A stretch of 64,000 nucleotides of DNA from Hormiphora californensis (taxonomy: Eukaryota; Animalia; Ctenophora). Made by a program: the position numbers and the translations under genes. Location: positions 620,001-684,000 of the forward strand of contig CM035354.1 in assembly GCA_020137815.1 (NCBI GenBank). Direction: 5' to 3'. Of this stretch, positions 1-12,300 are shown piece after piece. Within the stretch, counting starts at the first letter, position 1; every line of letters begins with the position of its first letter. The notes beneath the pieces were generated by a model. The model was given only the letters and a program-made list of their open reading frames with translations. It was not told the origin of the DNA and ran no database searches.

Positions 1-3000
1 ACAAAGCTATCCATCAGAGCCTCCTCTTCCAGCACCTTCTGCATCTCGTCTGATATGAACTTCATGTCCAATGTAGAGTCTGCCACGTACCTAACACACG
101 AGAGAGAGTTTTAGAGAGAACTGTACCTAACACACGTACCTAACACACAGGAGAGAGTTTAGAGAGAACTGTTGGGAAGTGGGAAACCGGAAATAAGAAT
201 GTTTGTTTTAGAACATTTTGCAGTTCGTAATGGTGACCAACTTTCCACTAGTTTACTGCTGCACGTCAGGAACCGACCGAATCAGGTAATACTGGTCCCT
301 GATTGGCTAATAACCAGTCACGTGACCTAAATAACGAGTTCTGATTGGTTGTTTACTTGTTACTGCTGCACGTGCAGATATATTTCTTACTTTTTAAAGG
401 TTTCCTCATCTTCCTTGATAAATGCAGCAAGCCGGTCTCTCTCTTCATTCCTCATCCTCTCAATCTCTCTTAGTATCTCATCCGCAACTATATCTTTCTG
501 AAAAGGACAACGACGTGTGAAATCATTTACACTCCTAAATTAGACAATTAGCAATTATCATTAGCGAATCTAGACTTGCTATAATTGTACTTACGTCCTC
601 GACTTCTTTGAGCGCTTCCCTAATGTTTGCCATCTTGATACTCTCTTGCCCCGCTAGGTACTCAGACAACTTCTTCTTCTCTTTGTTCTCCTCGGCCTCC
701 ATTTTCTGTTTCAATCTCCTCATTCTTGCTTCCTCAACCTTAGAAGACCCATCTGTCATCTTCTGGAGTGCCTCCTCTTCCTCTTTTAATCGGGCTAGAA
801 TCTCCGCCTGTTCGGCTGCTTCCTTTTCCTGTCTTTTCAGCATTGCTTCCTCAGCCTGAAGGGAGGGGAGGGGGTCAAGACAACAGGTGGGGGCGAAGAC
901 AAAATGGGAGGGTAAGATAATGCAAAACAGACAGAATGGGTGGCAGTAGAAGGATTAGGCCAGATCATTGTCGTTAACACGTGCATGTAATTGCATGGCG
1001 CTACGAGGACAATAACCAGAGAGAGGGAGGGTAATAGCATATATTATAGAGATATATATTCTTATGGAGCCCAGTTTTTTTCTTGTTCTTCTCTCCTTAC
1101 TAACTCGCTATTCCATCTTTAGCAATGTTTAATATAGCGTTAGTGTTGGCCGCCCTCCTGAACCCTACCGCAGGGATGACATCTCAACTAGAGGTCACCT
1201 CCGTGTCTGCTAAAACACTATACTACAACCAGAATTACAGCCCCGAGAAGATTCTGGATGGGGACCCGGACAGTTACTATCACTCTGCAGACCACTCTAC
1301 TGAGCAGTGGTTGTGGTTGGTGTTAACCCTCCCTGGCTATGTTTACCAAGTTACCATTAATAACAGGTGAACACCCATGAAGTGACCTGATTGTGGTATC
1401 TTTACAAGCTTGGTGGATGGGTGGGTTACCACTACGTCGAGTGAGCCTGAGCTTTAATTCACCTTCAAATTCCAATAACGTCACCCTGTTTCAGGTTGGA
1501 AAACCAGAATAGAGATGCCAGTGACCCCATCTATAAGGCCATGCGAGATAGAATAATCGGCACCAAGGTTGTTCTAATTGGTTACCATGACAACATCACG
1601 TGTGGCTGGATAAACCAGACACAAGAGGACGCACGATCAGTTCAGGACCAGACTTATTCTCTTATGTGTGGTGGGAGGGAGGCTATAACAAGAGCGATAT
1701 GGTTGGTGGACCGATCACCGGAGAACGGGTTTGATGGATCTACTGTTATTATGAACATCGCCGGAGTAACTGTTCATGGTGACCCACTAACCCGTAAGTA
1801 TTCTGGGAGGTTCATGGTGACCTAGTACTAACCGGTAAGTATTCTGGGAGGTTGGGCATGCAGGTATATAGGGAAGGGGTACTTTTTAGTTTGTGAACCA
1901 CATTTAGTGTTAATAGTTCCAAGTTTTAAACGCAGAACGCACCTGGGCACTGTGTCTGTTGTTTAATCCGAGAAATCTTTTCTAAATACTAGCAAGGAAC
2001 AATTCCTTTTTGTCTGTTTAAAACTACATCCTCAGCAACACATGAAACACGCTTACATTTCACACCTGGCATGACACACCGACACACTTACACGCCGACA
2101 CTGTACAGCTATACTCATTACACGGAATCACGGATACATACACAGACGGCAGACGCTCAACTACAAATATAAACACATTGAGACTTGAGAGAGAAAGCGA
2201 CTATTTTTAATCGTTTTCACACACAAACAAACAAAACCACACACACACATACACACACACACGGCTAAATTATAGCAGTACACAGCTGTATGTGACAATG
2301 CACATATTTTAATAACATGAACAATGGCATTCCTGCCTTCTCGAGTGGACTGTGGTTAATCTCTCCCAAACTGTCCTCTCTGAGCTGCTGTACTGTGTAG
2401 AGTACTAGAAGGAACAGTCATGCAAATTGTAAATTGCATGGTAGCCGCTACATACAGTGTGTAGCCACTAGACAGCCGTGGAAGATAATAGTGAAAATTT
2501 CATGCCACCTCTTACTGAAATCCCGGGAGCCCAATGTGGCTCGATATTTCAGTGCCCACCCTGTACAGTGTACAGGGTGGGCACTGAAATGTACTGAATA
2601 TGTACACACTAACATGTCGTTCCTCTGAGTAGAGGCGTTTTAGCAGCACATCATTCTCCATTGTATCCAATATATATGTAATTGTGTCGCGAAGAGGAGC
2701 AGTTACACTTGAGGTGTAGAATAATTAGTAGTGTGGTAGAGTAGGACAAGGGAGAGTGAGAATAGAATAGAGTGAATAGTTTCAGTGGAGTGGGCCGGCC
2801 ACAGAGAGTGCTCTACCGGATCGGGAGCTGGTAGGAAATGAAACTTTCGAGCGAATAGTTTCAATAATGATAGAGTTTGACAGTAAAACGAATAGAAATG
2901 TATAGGAATTGAGTGAAAGGATAGTCAGCAACAAACAACTGTACAGTGCGGGCAATAAATGGAGATGGATTAGAGGAAAGAGAGAGAGGGAGAGAGAGAA

Positions 3001-3001
3001 C

Positions 3002-3049
<48 letters not shown>

Positions 3050-5535
3050 GAGAGTGAGAGAGAGAGAGAGAGAGAAAGCGAGAGAGAGAGACAGAGAGAG
3101 AGAGGGAAAGCGAGGGAGGGAGAGAGGGAGAGACAGTAAGAGAAAAAAAAGGGAAAGAAAAAGGGAGAGGTAAAGGGAGGAAAATAAAATGAAAACGACG
3201 GCGATTGGGAAAGGCAATTATTACGGAGATAGGCGAGGCATGTCGATCATTATGCCTTATATGGAGTTGTATGCTGTGGTTAACCGAGTATTTTAATATC
3301 AGTTCTTATACAGCTTATAACCTAAAGTAAAAGAGCAAAACGACACTGCTGAAAGAGTATAATATGTTGACAGGAGGAGGAGTGAGAAAAACAGACTGTA
3401 AAGAAATGTCAACATCTATCTGACATGATGTCAGTGACATCATTCCGTGATGTTCCCGTTCTGACATGATTTCGCCGTGATTTTCCCGCTCCATAGACAA
3501 GAGAGCATGTACTAACTGTACTAAGATCGTGTACTGCAGCAGTACTACCCCTGTACTGAGCTCTCTCAACGCGGAACCACATGTTATGTGTATGGTATAC
3601 GTGATGCAGACCGGGAGATGATCCCACCAACTACTACACTAAAGAGGGTAGGTACCAACTACTTACCGCACGTTCCTGTTGTGAGATATCAGCCATGATC
3701 TGTACCCCCTTCTTCAGAATACCCCAGGTCTAACTTCCGACCATGGAGGGTATCCACATTATCTCGCAAACACGCGCAAGCAACGTCTCCTTTCCTCCCA
3801 TTGACCCACTACCTGGAGGAGGAGAGGGAGGTAGATGAGGTAAGAGAGAGAGAAGAGAGAGAAGGAGAGATAGAAGAGAGAGAGAGAGAGAGAGAGTAGA
3901 AGAAGAGGTAGAAGAGAGGTGAGAGACATAAGAGGGAAGTAGAGATATCAGCTGATAGAGATCGTAGATATCGCCGATCTTGCTGTCTCGTCGTCGCGTA
4001 TGGACAGCTCTATCTACTCGGCCCCATCTCGCTACTCCCTCACTCTCCATCCGCTACGGCTTCTCATCTCTCCGCTCCCCTCCTCTCTCCTCTCTACTTC
4101 GTGTCTCTCTCTAGCTCTCCTCTCTCATCCCATCTCTCCTGACTCTCTCTCTCTTCTCTCCTCCCTTCTCGCTCTCTCCTCTCTCTCTCTGTCTCTACTT
4201 CTCTCTCTCTCGCTACCCGACAGACGCTCCTCTCTCTGCTCTACTACTCTGGGAATATCGTCAGGACAGGAGGGAGCCCGAGAGAGCGAACGTCTCTCGC
4301 GAATCTCGGTTCTTTCCTTCTCTCTCTGGCTCTTCTCTGCTCTCTCTCCCTTGATCTCTGCTCTGCGATTCTACCTCTCTCGCTCTCTCTGGCTGCATAC
4401 TCTCGCTCTCTCTCTCTGTGGTTCTCTCTCTCTTTCATGCTGTCTCTCGTGCTTCTGCTCTGTCTCTCTCGGCAATGGAGATGATAGGAAGCCCACACCT
4501 TGCCTTACACAGTTCATGGTGTTCTCAGGTTAGTACAAATTCAATAGATACACGCCCAAAATGTGTACATTTCATATTAAACTGGTTGTCTGTAATCTCT
4601 AATGGTCTCTCTTCATCCAACTAAATCTCTCTTTCACTCTCACTCTCACTCTCTCTCTCTCCCTCCCTCGCACTTATTATCTATCCTTCTCTCGTGCCAG
4701 AAAGAGAAGAAAGAGAGATTTCACTATTAATTCTTTTTGGCTTTCCGTCAAGGTGTGATCACATCACGAAACAAATCATTTCCCAGAAATTCATCAACAA
4801 CAGTAGTGAAACACACATAGTGTGGCGATTGATGTTTCTAGAAAACTATGAATTTGACGATGATAACAACGGTGAAATTTAGTACGCAACATGATACCAG
4901 ATGTGAAGTTCGGAAGTTAAAGGGCACCTGTGGACAGCTGTGATTTGTAAAAAACAATAACTTCTCACCTCAGACGCAGGGTAGACTAACTTTTCCACGT
5001 CAACATCGAGTGTAGTCAGTGCGTAACAGTAAGCAAAGTTATCCGGGATTCTCGTAATGTTATTGTTCTTCAAAATGAGACAGGAAAGCTTCCTGAGAGC
5101 CCCAATCTCCGGTGCTATCGTGGAAATCTTGTTGTTTGCTGCTGACAGAGTTTCCAGATTTTGGAGGGAACCCAGAATGGCAGGGAGTGTTTTTAGTTCG
5201 TTATTATCGAGGGACAGTTGAACGAGGGCGACACACGATGACAAAGAGTTTGGAACTGTTTTGAAGAGATTAAAGGACAGATCAAGTTTGATAATCTCGT
5301 CCAAGTTGTGTAAATCACCCATCGTTTTCAGTTGGTTATTCTTCAGAATCAAACATTCCTTGTTCTGAAACTTGATCACAGACAGAATCCCGTGGGGCAC
5401 TTCCTTGAGGTAGATCCCACTGAGGTCAACTATCTTGGCGTGGGCAGGGAGGTTCTCAGCGAGGGAGAACTTAGTATCCTGCATGTCTTCAATCTCCCTT
5501 TTGGAGGGACCATCTTTCTTCTTCCAAAAGCCCAT
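1..5535 (-). CDS. LRSAM1: LRSAM1-like E3 ligase, 5' part (LRRs + coiled coil). Exons 5535-4969, garbled exons near 4530-4470 and 3810-3667, then 855-595, 497-391 and 90-<1; runs off the window start
   Basis: N-terminus MGFWKKK...IVDLSGIYLKEVPHG...LRRs...LVYPASEV parallels LRSAM1 (MPLFFRKRK...ILDISKCELSEIPFG...MVYPPREV). GT-AG junctions join E/K/R-rich coiled-coil exons in frame (QQERA|AEEAMLKRQE...). SAM and RING domains are not in the window. Confidence 0.75.
267..359. mobile_element. Short hAT-type MITE remnant (CAGGAACCGACCGAA terminus); second copy at about 21743-21834
   Basis: Near-identical ~90-bp core at both sites. The terminus matches the TIR of the 8-bp-TSD element at 44731-46639. 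Confidence 0.7.
1125..1825 (+). CDS. Secreted F-type lectin/discoidin (F5/8 type C)-like protein, 2 exons (1125-1366, 1495-1825 or spliced onward at 1794), nested antisense in an LRSAM1 intron
   Basis: Hydrophobic signal peptide; motifs ILDGD...YYHS...WL...V.INNR...R.IG..V.IG...CG...C...GVTVHG; phase-2 GT-AG intron 1367-1494 joins NNR|LEN. Confidence 0.7.
2970..3180. repeat. (GA)n microsatellite. Others at about 3840-4470 (degenerate), 27595-27725, 27858-27915, 33305-33345, 48745-48860 and 53245-53395
   Basis: Directly visible dinucleotide runs. Confidence 0.95.
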
Positions 5536-5811
5536 GTAGACACTCAACTATTGGTCTAGATCATGATATAAACATGTATGCTACAAGGGAGAAAGGTGTG
5601 ATAGGGGTGGAGGTTTAGGCTGTATTTTCCTGGTGTTTGATAATAAGCGAGACTTTAGTGTTTAAGAACTGATTTATGTAAAGAAATTTTATAAAAATGC
5701 CCATAGAGTGCTCATAAGCGTGCGTATAGAAATCAAAAATCAACTTAACTACATGCAAGAAAATAAAATTTAGTCCCAAATATTAAACAGGTTTTATTAT
5801 TTTGAACCCAT

Positions 5812-6696
5812 TCACTCTTCTACAGCGGTAGGCCGATTTTCTGCAACTGTGTCTCCTTCATTGTCTACCGCCTCATCTGGTGACTCTTCTGGCGAGACTG
5901 TCACCGCTATTAGTCCATCGCTGAGAGAATAGTACTTGTTGTGCAAATCCCCAGTACACAGATAGGGAACTTTTGTAACGTAGGACAGTTGAAATCCCAT
6001 TGGCTGGAGGATATAGTGACAAAAGTAGGAGAGTTGTTGCTCGAAACTGATCCCTCTCATTTCAAGGGGTTCCTCCTGGGCCACCCATTCCTGCCCTTCC
6101 TCAACCGACCCATTGTAGGGCAACACCAGGGCAATAATGGCCATCCCACCCCTCTCCTTTAGACAATTGTACATGGATTGGAGCATCTCCATCGGACGAT
6201 GGCATCTGTCCAATACATTCAGGCAAGAAATAACGCTGTAGGATCGGTTAACCCAGTTGTCTATTCCTAGAACTGTGTACCCCCGGCCCGTGAGTCTGCT
6301 AACCATCTGAGGACATGTTTCAGTGGCAAACACTTCTGTAAAACCAGCTGCCATCTTCTCAGTTACATTTCCACTACCCGCTCCAATGTCCAATAGGGAA
6401 TCCCGGTGAGGACAAGGCTCGAGCATTGCTGCAAACAATGTTGAAGAACCGACGAACATTACCCCACGATTGAGTATTGCGTTCCGTGAGGTGGCTCCGA
6501 GAAAAGGTACGAGAAAAAGGGAGAAAAAGTTGTCTGAAACGTGTTTGAAATAGGATATGTTGCAGGCATTGACGACGAACTCTTCTGTCTCTTCATCGTA
6601 TTTGTGTTTGTGAAACTTTTCCCTCACTGACTGCTGAAGTCGGTCCTGATCTACGTGGTACCAGTAGGAAAAATCTGTGCCATACTCCAGCTCCAT
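5812..6696 (-). CDS. METTL9: Protein-histidine N-pros-methyltransferase METTL9 (DREV family), single exon
   Basis: 294-aa ORF with T.RNA.LNRG.MFV, LLDIGAGSGNVT (SAM motif I), FATE, VISCLNVLDRC..P, ALVLPY and KVPYLC.GDL...YY.L.D motifs. Confidence 0.93.
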   Translation of the reverse strand: MELEYGTDFSYWYHVDQDRLQQSVREKFHKHKYDEETEEFVVNACNISYFKHVSDNFFSLFLVPFLGATSRNAILNRGVMFVGSSTLFAAMLEPCPHRDSLLDIGAGSGNVTEKMAAGFTEVFATETCPQMVSRLTGRGYTVLGIDNWVNRSYSVISCLNVLDRCHRPMEMLQSMYNCLKERGGMAIIALVLPYNGSVEEGQEWVAQEEPLEMRGISFEQQLSYFCHYILQPMGFQLSYVTKVPYLCTGDLHNKYYSLSDGLIAVTVSPEESPDEAVDNEGDTVAENRPTAVEE

Positions 6697-6822
6697 TGTA
6701 TCTTTGACGATAAGATTTATGAATAAGCAAACAAGTTAAACAATTAAGTTGTATAAAAATCAGACATTCCTTTAGGCTTTAATTCAAAACTTTTTAGTTT
6801 TGTTCCATTTTTAGACTTTTTA

Positions 6823-6977
6823 TAAAGTCGGATTTTTTGAAGTTGTCACCCCCAAATGACTGCGCATGTGAAATTTATCAATTTTGACGCGCACACCACA
6901 CGTTAACATGTGATGTGACGCGCAAAAACATTCCGCGCACGAGAAGGGGGGTGACAACTTCAAAAAATCCGACTTTA
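6823..6977. mobile_element. ~150-bp TA-flanked MITE, copy 1
   Basis: ~30-bp TIR AAGTCGGATTTTTTGAAGTTGTCACCCCC; TA on both sides. Confidence 0.85.
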
Positions 6978-7004
6978 CATCCACAATTTGATAAACCGAA
7001 CAGA

Positions 7005-8108
7005 TAAAGTCGGATTTTTTGAAGTTGTCTACGGTGGCAGATTCCGGACAAGAGTTTTTTCAATCAAGTAAAATATTTTTGTTTTAAGTTTTATAAAAAT
7101 TTTATTTCAAAATAAAAATAAAACATTTCGTTAAAATTATTGGCCGGAATCTGCCACGCGAGTGGCAGATCTCGGCCAAGATTCTAAAAAAACCTCGGCC
7201 AGAATCTGCCACACACGTGGCAGATTCTGGCCAACAAATTGAAATTTACTTATATAAAGGCGAAAACCGCTGTACCCGACTAATTTTGATACGCTGAATC
7301 ACGCAAGCAACTTTTCCAATCCCTCAGAGGTCGGGAAAGTGTCCTAATTGAGCATAATAGGGTCTAATTGACCCAACTTACAACCTTTCACCTGGAAACG
7401 ATAGACGCTTATGTGAAGGCACTTTTCCGACTTTTGTAAACCCTCCAAGGTCGGGAAAGTGCCCTAATTGAGTATAATTGGGTCTAATTGGCCTTAATTA
7501 CTCAATTAGGGCACTTTCCCGACCTCGGCGGGCTTTGAAAAATAGCTTACGTGATTCAGCGTATCAAAATTAGTCGGAAAAGTGCCTTCACATAAGCGTT
7601 TATCGTTTCCAGGTGAAAAGTTGTAAGTTGGGTCAATTAGACCCTATTATGCTCAATTAGGACACTTTCCCGACTTCTGAGGATTGGAAAAGTTGCTTAC
7701 GTGATTCAGCGTATCAAAATTAGTCGGGTACAGCGGTTTTCGCCTTTATATAAGTAAATTTCAATTTGTTGGCCAGAATCTGCCACGTGTGTGGCAGATT
7801 CTGGCCAAGGTTTTTTTAGAATCTTGGCCGAGATCTGCCACTCGCGTGGCAGATTCCGGCCAATAATTTTAACGAAATGTTTATTTTTATTTTGAAATAA
7901 AATTTTTATAAAACTTCAAACAAAAATATTTCACTTGATTGAAAAAACTCTTGGCCGGAATCTGCCACCGTAGTTGTCACCCCAAAATGACCGCGCATGT
8001 GAAATTTATCAATTTTGACGCGCACACCACACGTTAACATGTGATGTGACGCGCAAAAACATTCCGCGCACGAAGAGGGGGGTGACAACTTCAAAAAATC
8101 CGACTTTA
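7005..8108. mobile_element. Second copy of the same MITE, split by a foldback insertion
   Basis: Left TIR breaks after GAAGTTGT (7028) and resumes at 7974. The remainder is near-identical to 6823-6977. Confidence 0.85.
7029..7973. mobile_element. 945-bp near-palindromic foldback element with 4-bp TSD (TTGT); possible inner TA-flanked element at about 7255-7748
   Basis: Termini CTACGGTGGCAGATTCCGG / CCGGAATCTGCCACCGTAG; TTGT at 7025-7028 and 7974-7977; long inverted arms. Confidence 0.85.
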
Positions 8109-8255
8109 CCAAATATCACGTAACAATGTGAAAATAGGAAGTAAAACTACGAATCACGAGAGAGAAAAGCCAACCTAACCTCATTGAGAAGCCTCGGAAA
8201 CAGGCCAAAACACAAAAAAGGCGATTTCAAATTTTGAAAATTAAATCTGGGCTCA

Positions 8256-8477
8256 TAGTGGAAGCTCTTACGGTATTTCCCACGCCCCGTGGGAAAGTTT
8301 TTAACCGTGGGAAAGTTTTCAAACCGTGGGAAAAGAGAGATACATACAATAACATACAAAAAATAATTATTTTTTTTAAGTTATTGTATGTATCTCTCTT
8401 TTCCCACGGTTTGAAAACTTTCCCACGGTCAAAAACTTTCCCACGGGGCGTGGGAAATACCGTAAGAGCTTCCACTA
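8256..8477. mobile_element. 222-bp palindromic MITE with 3-bp TSD (TCA), PIF/Harbinger-like
   Basis: TAGTGGAAGCTCTTACGG...CCGTAAGAGCTTCCACTA with ~105-bp arms; TCA on both flanks. Confidence 0.75.
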
Positions 8478-8649
8478 TCAGCTGAGCACTGAATTTCATC
8501 GCGCGCCTGTTATGCAGCGCTCTTCTAAGTCTCGCGCGCGGTTGAAAATTAAAATTTAAAGCTCCCAAAATCAGCTTTTCGGTTCGGCTTTGGAATGCGC
8601 TGCAGCCCCCTCATGCGCGCACCCCCGCAACGTATGCCAAGGTTCGGCT

Positions 8650-9205
8650 CTGTTTTTCTGGGCGCCGTTAAACGATCTGGGTGTTTGCCGTTTTGGAGGC
8701 CTGTTTACAGGTGCACGCTGCCAAAAAAGTTGATTCACTAAAATGGCTCTAACCGCCAAACCACTCAACCGTTTTGGCTGATTCAAAGTTTATCTGTTAG
8801 GGAATGTCAAGGCCTAACCCCAACCCTAACCCCAACCCTAACCCTACTTTAGCCCTAACCCTAAAAAACCGTTTGTCAGCACTCCCAAAACACCCAGATT
8901 TTAACGTTGGCCTGTTTTTCGGGGCGCCGTTAAAATACAGTTGAAAAAAATGGACTTTACGATCTGGGTGTTTGGAGACCTGTTTACAGGTGCGCGCTGC
9001 CAAAAAAGTTGATTCACTAAAATGGCTCTAACCGCCAAACCACTCAACCGTTTTGGCTGATTCAAAGTTTATCTCGTAGGGAATGTCAAGGCCTAACCCC
9101 AACCCAAACCCCAACCCTAACCCTAACCCTACTTTAGCCCTAACCCTAAAAAACCGTTTGTCAGCACTCCCAAAACACCCAGATTTTAACGCTGGCCTGT
9201 TTTTC
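8650..9205. repeat. ~279-bp tandem unit (about 2 copies) containing CCCTAA/CCCCAA telomere-like runs
   Basis: GGAATGTCAAGGCCTAACCCC recurs at 8801 and 9080; GCTGCCAAAAAAGTTGATTCAC recurs at about 8717 and 8996. Confidence 0.8.
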
Positions 9206-9304
9206 TCAACGTTTGAAGCTCCTTTGAATTTCGATTTTTGAAGCTCCTTGACGCCTTTGAACATTATTTAGGATCTTAATTCACTGATGTTCATTATTTC
9301 TCAG

Positions 9305-12300
9305 ATGGCTAATGATGATAAGCTGAAAATTGGACACAAGATTCGAAGTGATGCAAAATTCGACTACATCGTAACTCAAATTGGACCGAAGCCGCTTTTT
9401 AAAGTTCGTTATGAGAATCTGGAAGAGAACTTCAGCGAGTTGGTGACAGCAGACAGGGTGAAAGACACCAATGATAATCTCTTCTCGAAACGAGAGAAAG
9501 GTCAGGTCAAGTTTGCTAGTGAGGGCGACAAAGTAAAAGTCCTTTTGTTTGGAGAGTGGCAGAATGCTACAATTCTTGGACAACAGTTTGGCGAGTTAGA
9601 GATTTCTTGCTTTAAGAAGGGATCTAACAAGGCCTACTTTTCGGAAGTGGATTTCATTCAAGACAAAGATAAGCTCGCCTCCTCTAGTGAGGAAGGTCCT
9701 GCAACAACTCAGGACGAAACTGCCACCTTTACCACCCTCGAATCTGTTTTTGCAACAGCAGACTTCTCGGGACTTCTCTCCGCATCAGAGAACATCATCA
9801 CTACCGATAAGTGGGGTGACATCTTGTTTTCTCTGAGGAAGTCCTGCATTAAGCCAAAATGGGATGGCAAACCTCTGAAGGATGACTTCCACGCCTTTCT
9901 TCTCGCATGTCCTTTTGATAAGCCATTCACAAGAAGTCTACAGAACGTGCTAGGACAGATGGAGCTAAGAATAACTTCAGATGAAGAGAACCTCCACAGA
10001 TCCCGAGTCCTGCTGCTCCTGTACACTGATAACGCCTCGTATGACGCTAGGCTGGTACGACTACTGACTCGTGGAGCTGAGCTTGCTAATGGGGGTGAGC
10101 TTGCTATAATCGTGTTAGTTCATCCAACATGTTCTTTGTACAGACAGAACAAGATTCCTGATAACATGGCATATTCGCTAGCTGACAGCAAATGGTACTC
10201 CTGGATCGGGGTTGATTCGCCTAATGAGAGTTTCACCGAGATGGTCTCACAGATCAAATCATACACGTGCTCCAAGAGTTTAGATGTGAATGATGTCACC
10301 ACAATGGCAGGGTTGTGGTACTGTAAGGTCGTCGTGAGCGGTGACTTTTGTTCAAACTTTTACGATAGTCGTGCCATGACGCTCTATCTAAATCACGAGG
10401 CTGGGAAGGTATATGGGAGGACACCCTCAGGGATCATTCTCGGGGGTACTTTCGACTACACAACCCGGGTAATTGATATTACTGGAGCATATACAGGACC
10501 CTGGAAACAAGGGAACGAGGGGTGGGAGGAGGAGTCGGTACGGATGGTAATGAGAGTGAAGGGGGTGCTGGATTACAAGGGAAACACTTTTGAGGGTCAG
10601 ATTTGTGAGGTCATGACATTTGATGACAAGACATTTGAGTGTGTTGGGACTCTCTTTGCATCCAAGGAAAACGAGGGAGTATCAGGGTTCTACGAGCTCA
10701 CTGACCCAATTTCCTCTCTCCAAGGAAACAAGTCCTACATTGCAATCATCCACCAGAGGGGCGGGGATATTCTGGCAGATATCAATGGTTACCATGGTGT
10801 AGTGTACCCCGGAGTTCTAAACACCCACAGCAGGAGATTCTGGGTCTACGTGCACAGCGGACCGTACTCTTGTATGACATACGAGGGTCAATTCAACACT
10901 AGGGACGAGGCCATTTTGAAGGCTAGTGGAACAATGTTCGGCAGTAAAGATGGGATAACGACGCTTGCCAGGACACCCTTCCAGCTGAAGAGTATAATGC
11001 CAAATGGGCTGTTGAAAGTTCAGAATGCAGATTCCAAAATACTCGATGATCTCATCAAGAATGCCCAGGATCGGACCCTGAGGACCTCTATTTTCAACTC
11101 TTCCACCTTCATTTCCCCTAAACCGGGTGATTTTGCTACAGTTATAGTGGGAGCGGAGGGAGACAGTGAGGTGATGGCTACATTGAAGGGGAACATGGCA
11201 AAGGCAGGTGTGGTACCCCTGGTGGTTTCAAACTGTCAGCAGGACCTGCAGTACTCCAGAAGTATCATTTTCATACTTTCAAGTCACGTACAGGACAATG
11301 AGGAACTGGTGGAGACGATTAAACATATCGCGGCTAGCAGGACACCGCTTTACATCATCGCTAACGATGCAAGGAGGAACATCTTTAACGATTCAAAATG
11401 GTTAAATCTGGATTTAAAGGAAAGTCTGTTGAGCTGTCTTGCGCGGCTAAACCAGTCTGGTAAAACCACCCTAGACCCGACATCAATCCAGTTTCGGACC
11501 CTAGTAAAAGAGATCAAGTCCCATTACCGTCCCCCTCTCTACTTCCTGTCGGGCATGTGGTCTGTACGGCAACTAAAACGAACCAAGAACACCAGTGAAT
11601 ATGATGAAATGGCCCAACACGCCCGCAAGGGAACAACCAAACAGGCAACAATTCCAAAACTAATGTACATCCTGTGCGATGGGACTAGCGGCAATGTGCT
11701 GGGGGTCAATGATTTCATCTCCAACAAGCCCTTCAAGGGGAGCATCAACAACGAAAAAGCAACATTCACATTCGACAACGAGGACTCCAAGTACGAGCTA
11801 GTGATTGAAGCAGGTGGCCAGATGATGCAGGGTTCGTACGTGAACAGAATCCACGGAACGACCCTGGAGGTGACCCTGACATTAGAAATGGATGATGTTA
11901 GTGGGGTCTACTCAGTTTCCAACCCTACTATGATGGTCGGTATAGTAAAGACTGGACTCCACACCATTGACGTGCACTACAACAACTATGTGCTGCCGGG
12001 GGTGTTTGAAAACAACTTGTTTTTCTGTACCCTGCCCAGGTGCATCCAACGAAAACCAATTCTCAGTACCATGTGCGGCGTCCTCCAGAAGTCACTCTCC
12101 GGGCATTCCCTACTGACATTCGAGTATGCCTCACTTGGGAATATGAAGTGTTTGAAGTTTGATTTTGAGTTCCTGCAGTCCAAATTTCAGAGACTGGATG
12201 AGGTGGACAAAGTGGCAAACAATGTGACGTGTGAGCCGGCAGCTGTTCGCCTGATAAACCGGTACGTGGAATGTTTCAACTCCATCAACTACGAAGAATA

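Noticed and set aside
2861-4533. ORFs rich in SL/ER repeats here and at 27583-27855, 34825-35223, 48666-48956 and 53203-53467
   Set aside because: Translations of (GA/TC)n microsatellites.
8810-9150. True telomere or chromosome-fusion scar
   Set aside because: CCCTAA runs are short, degenerate and embedded in a 279-bp repeat unit.
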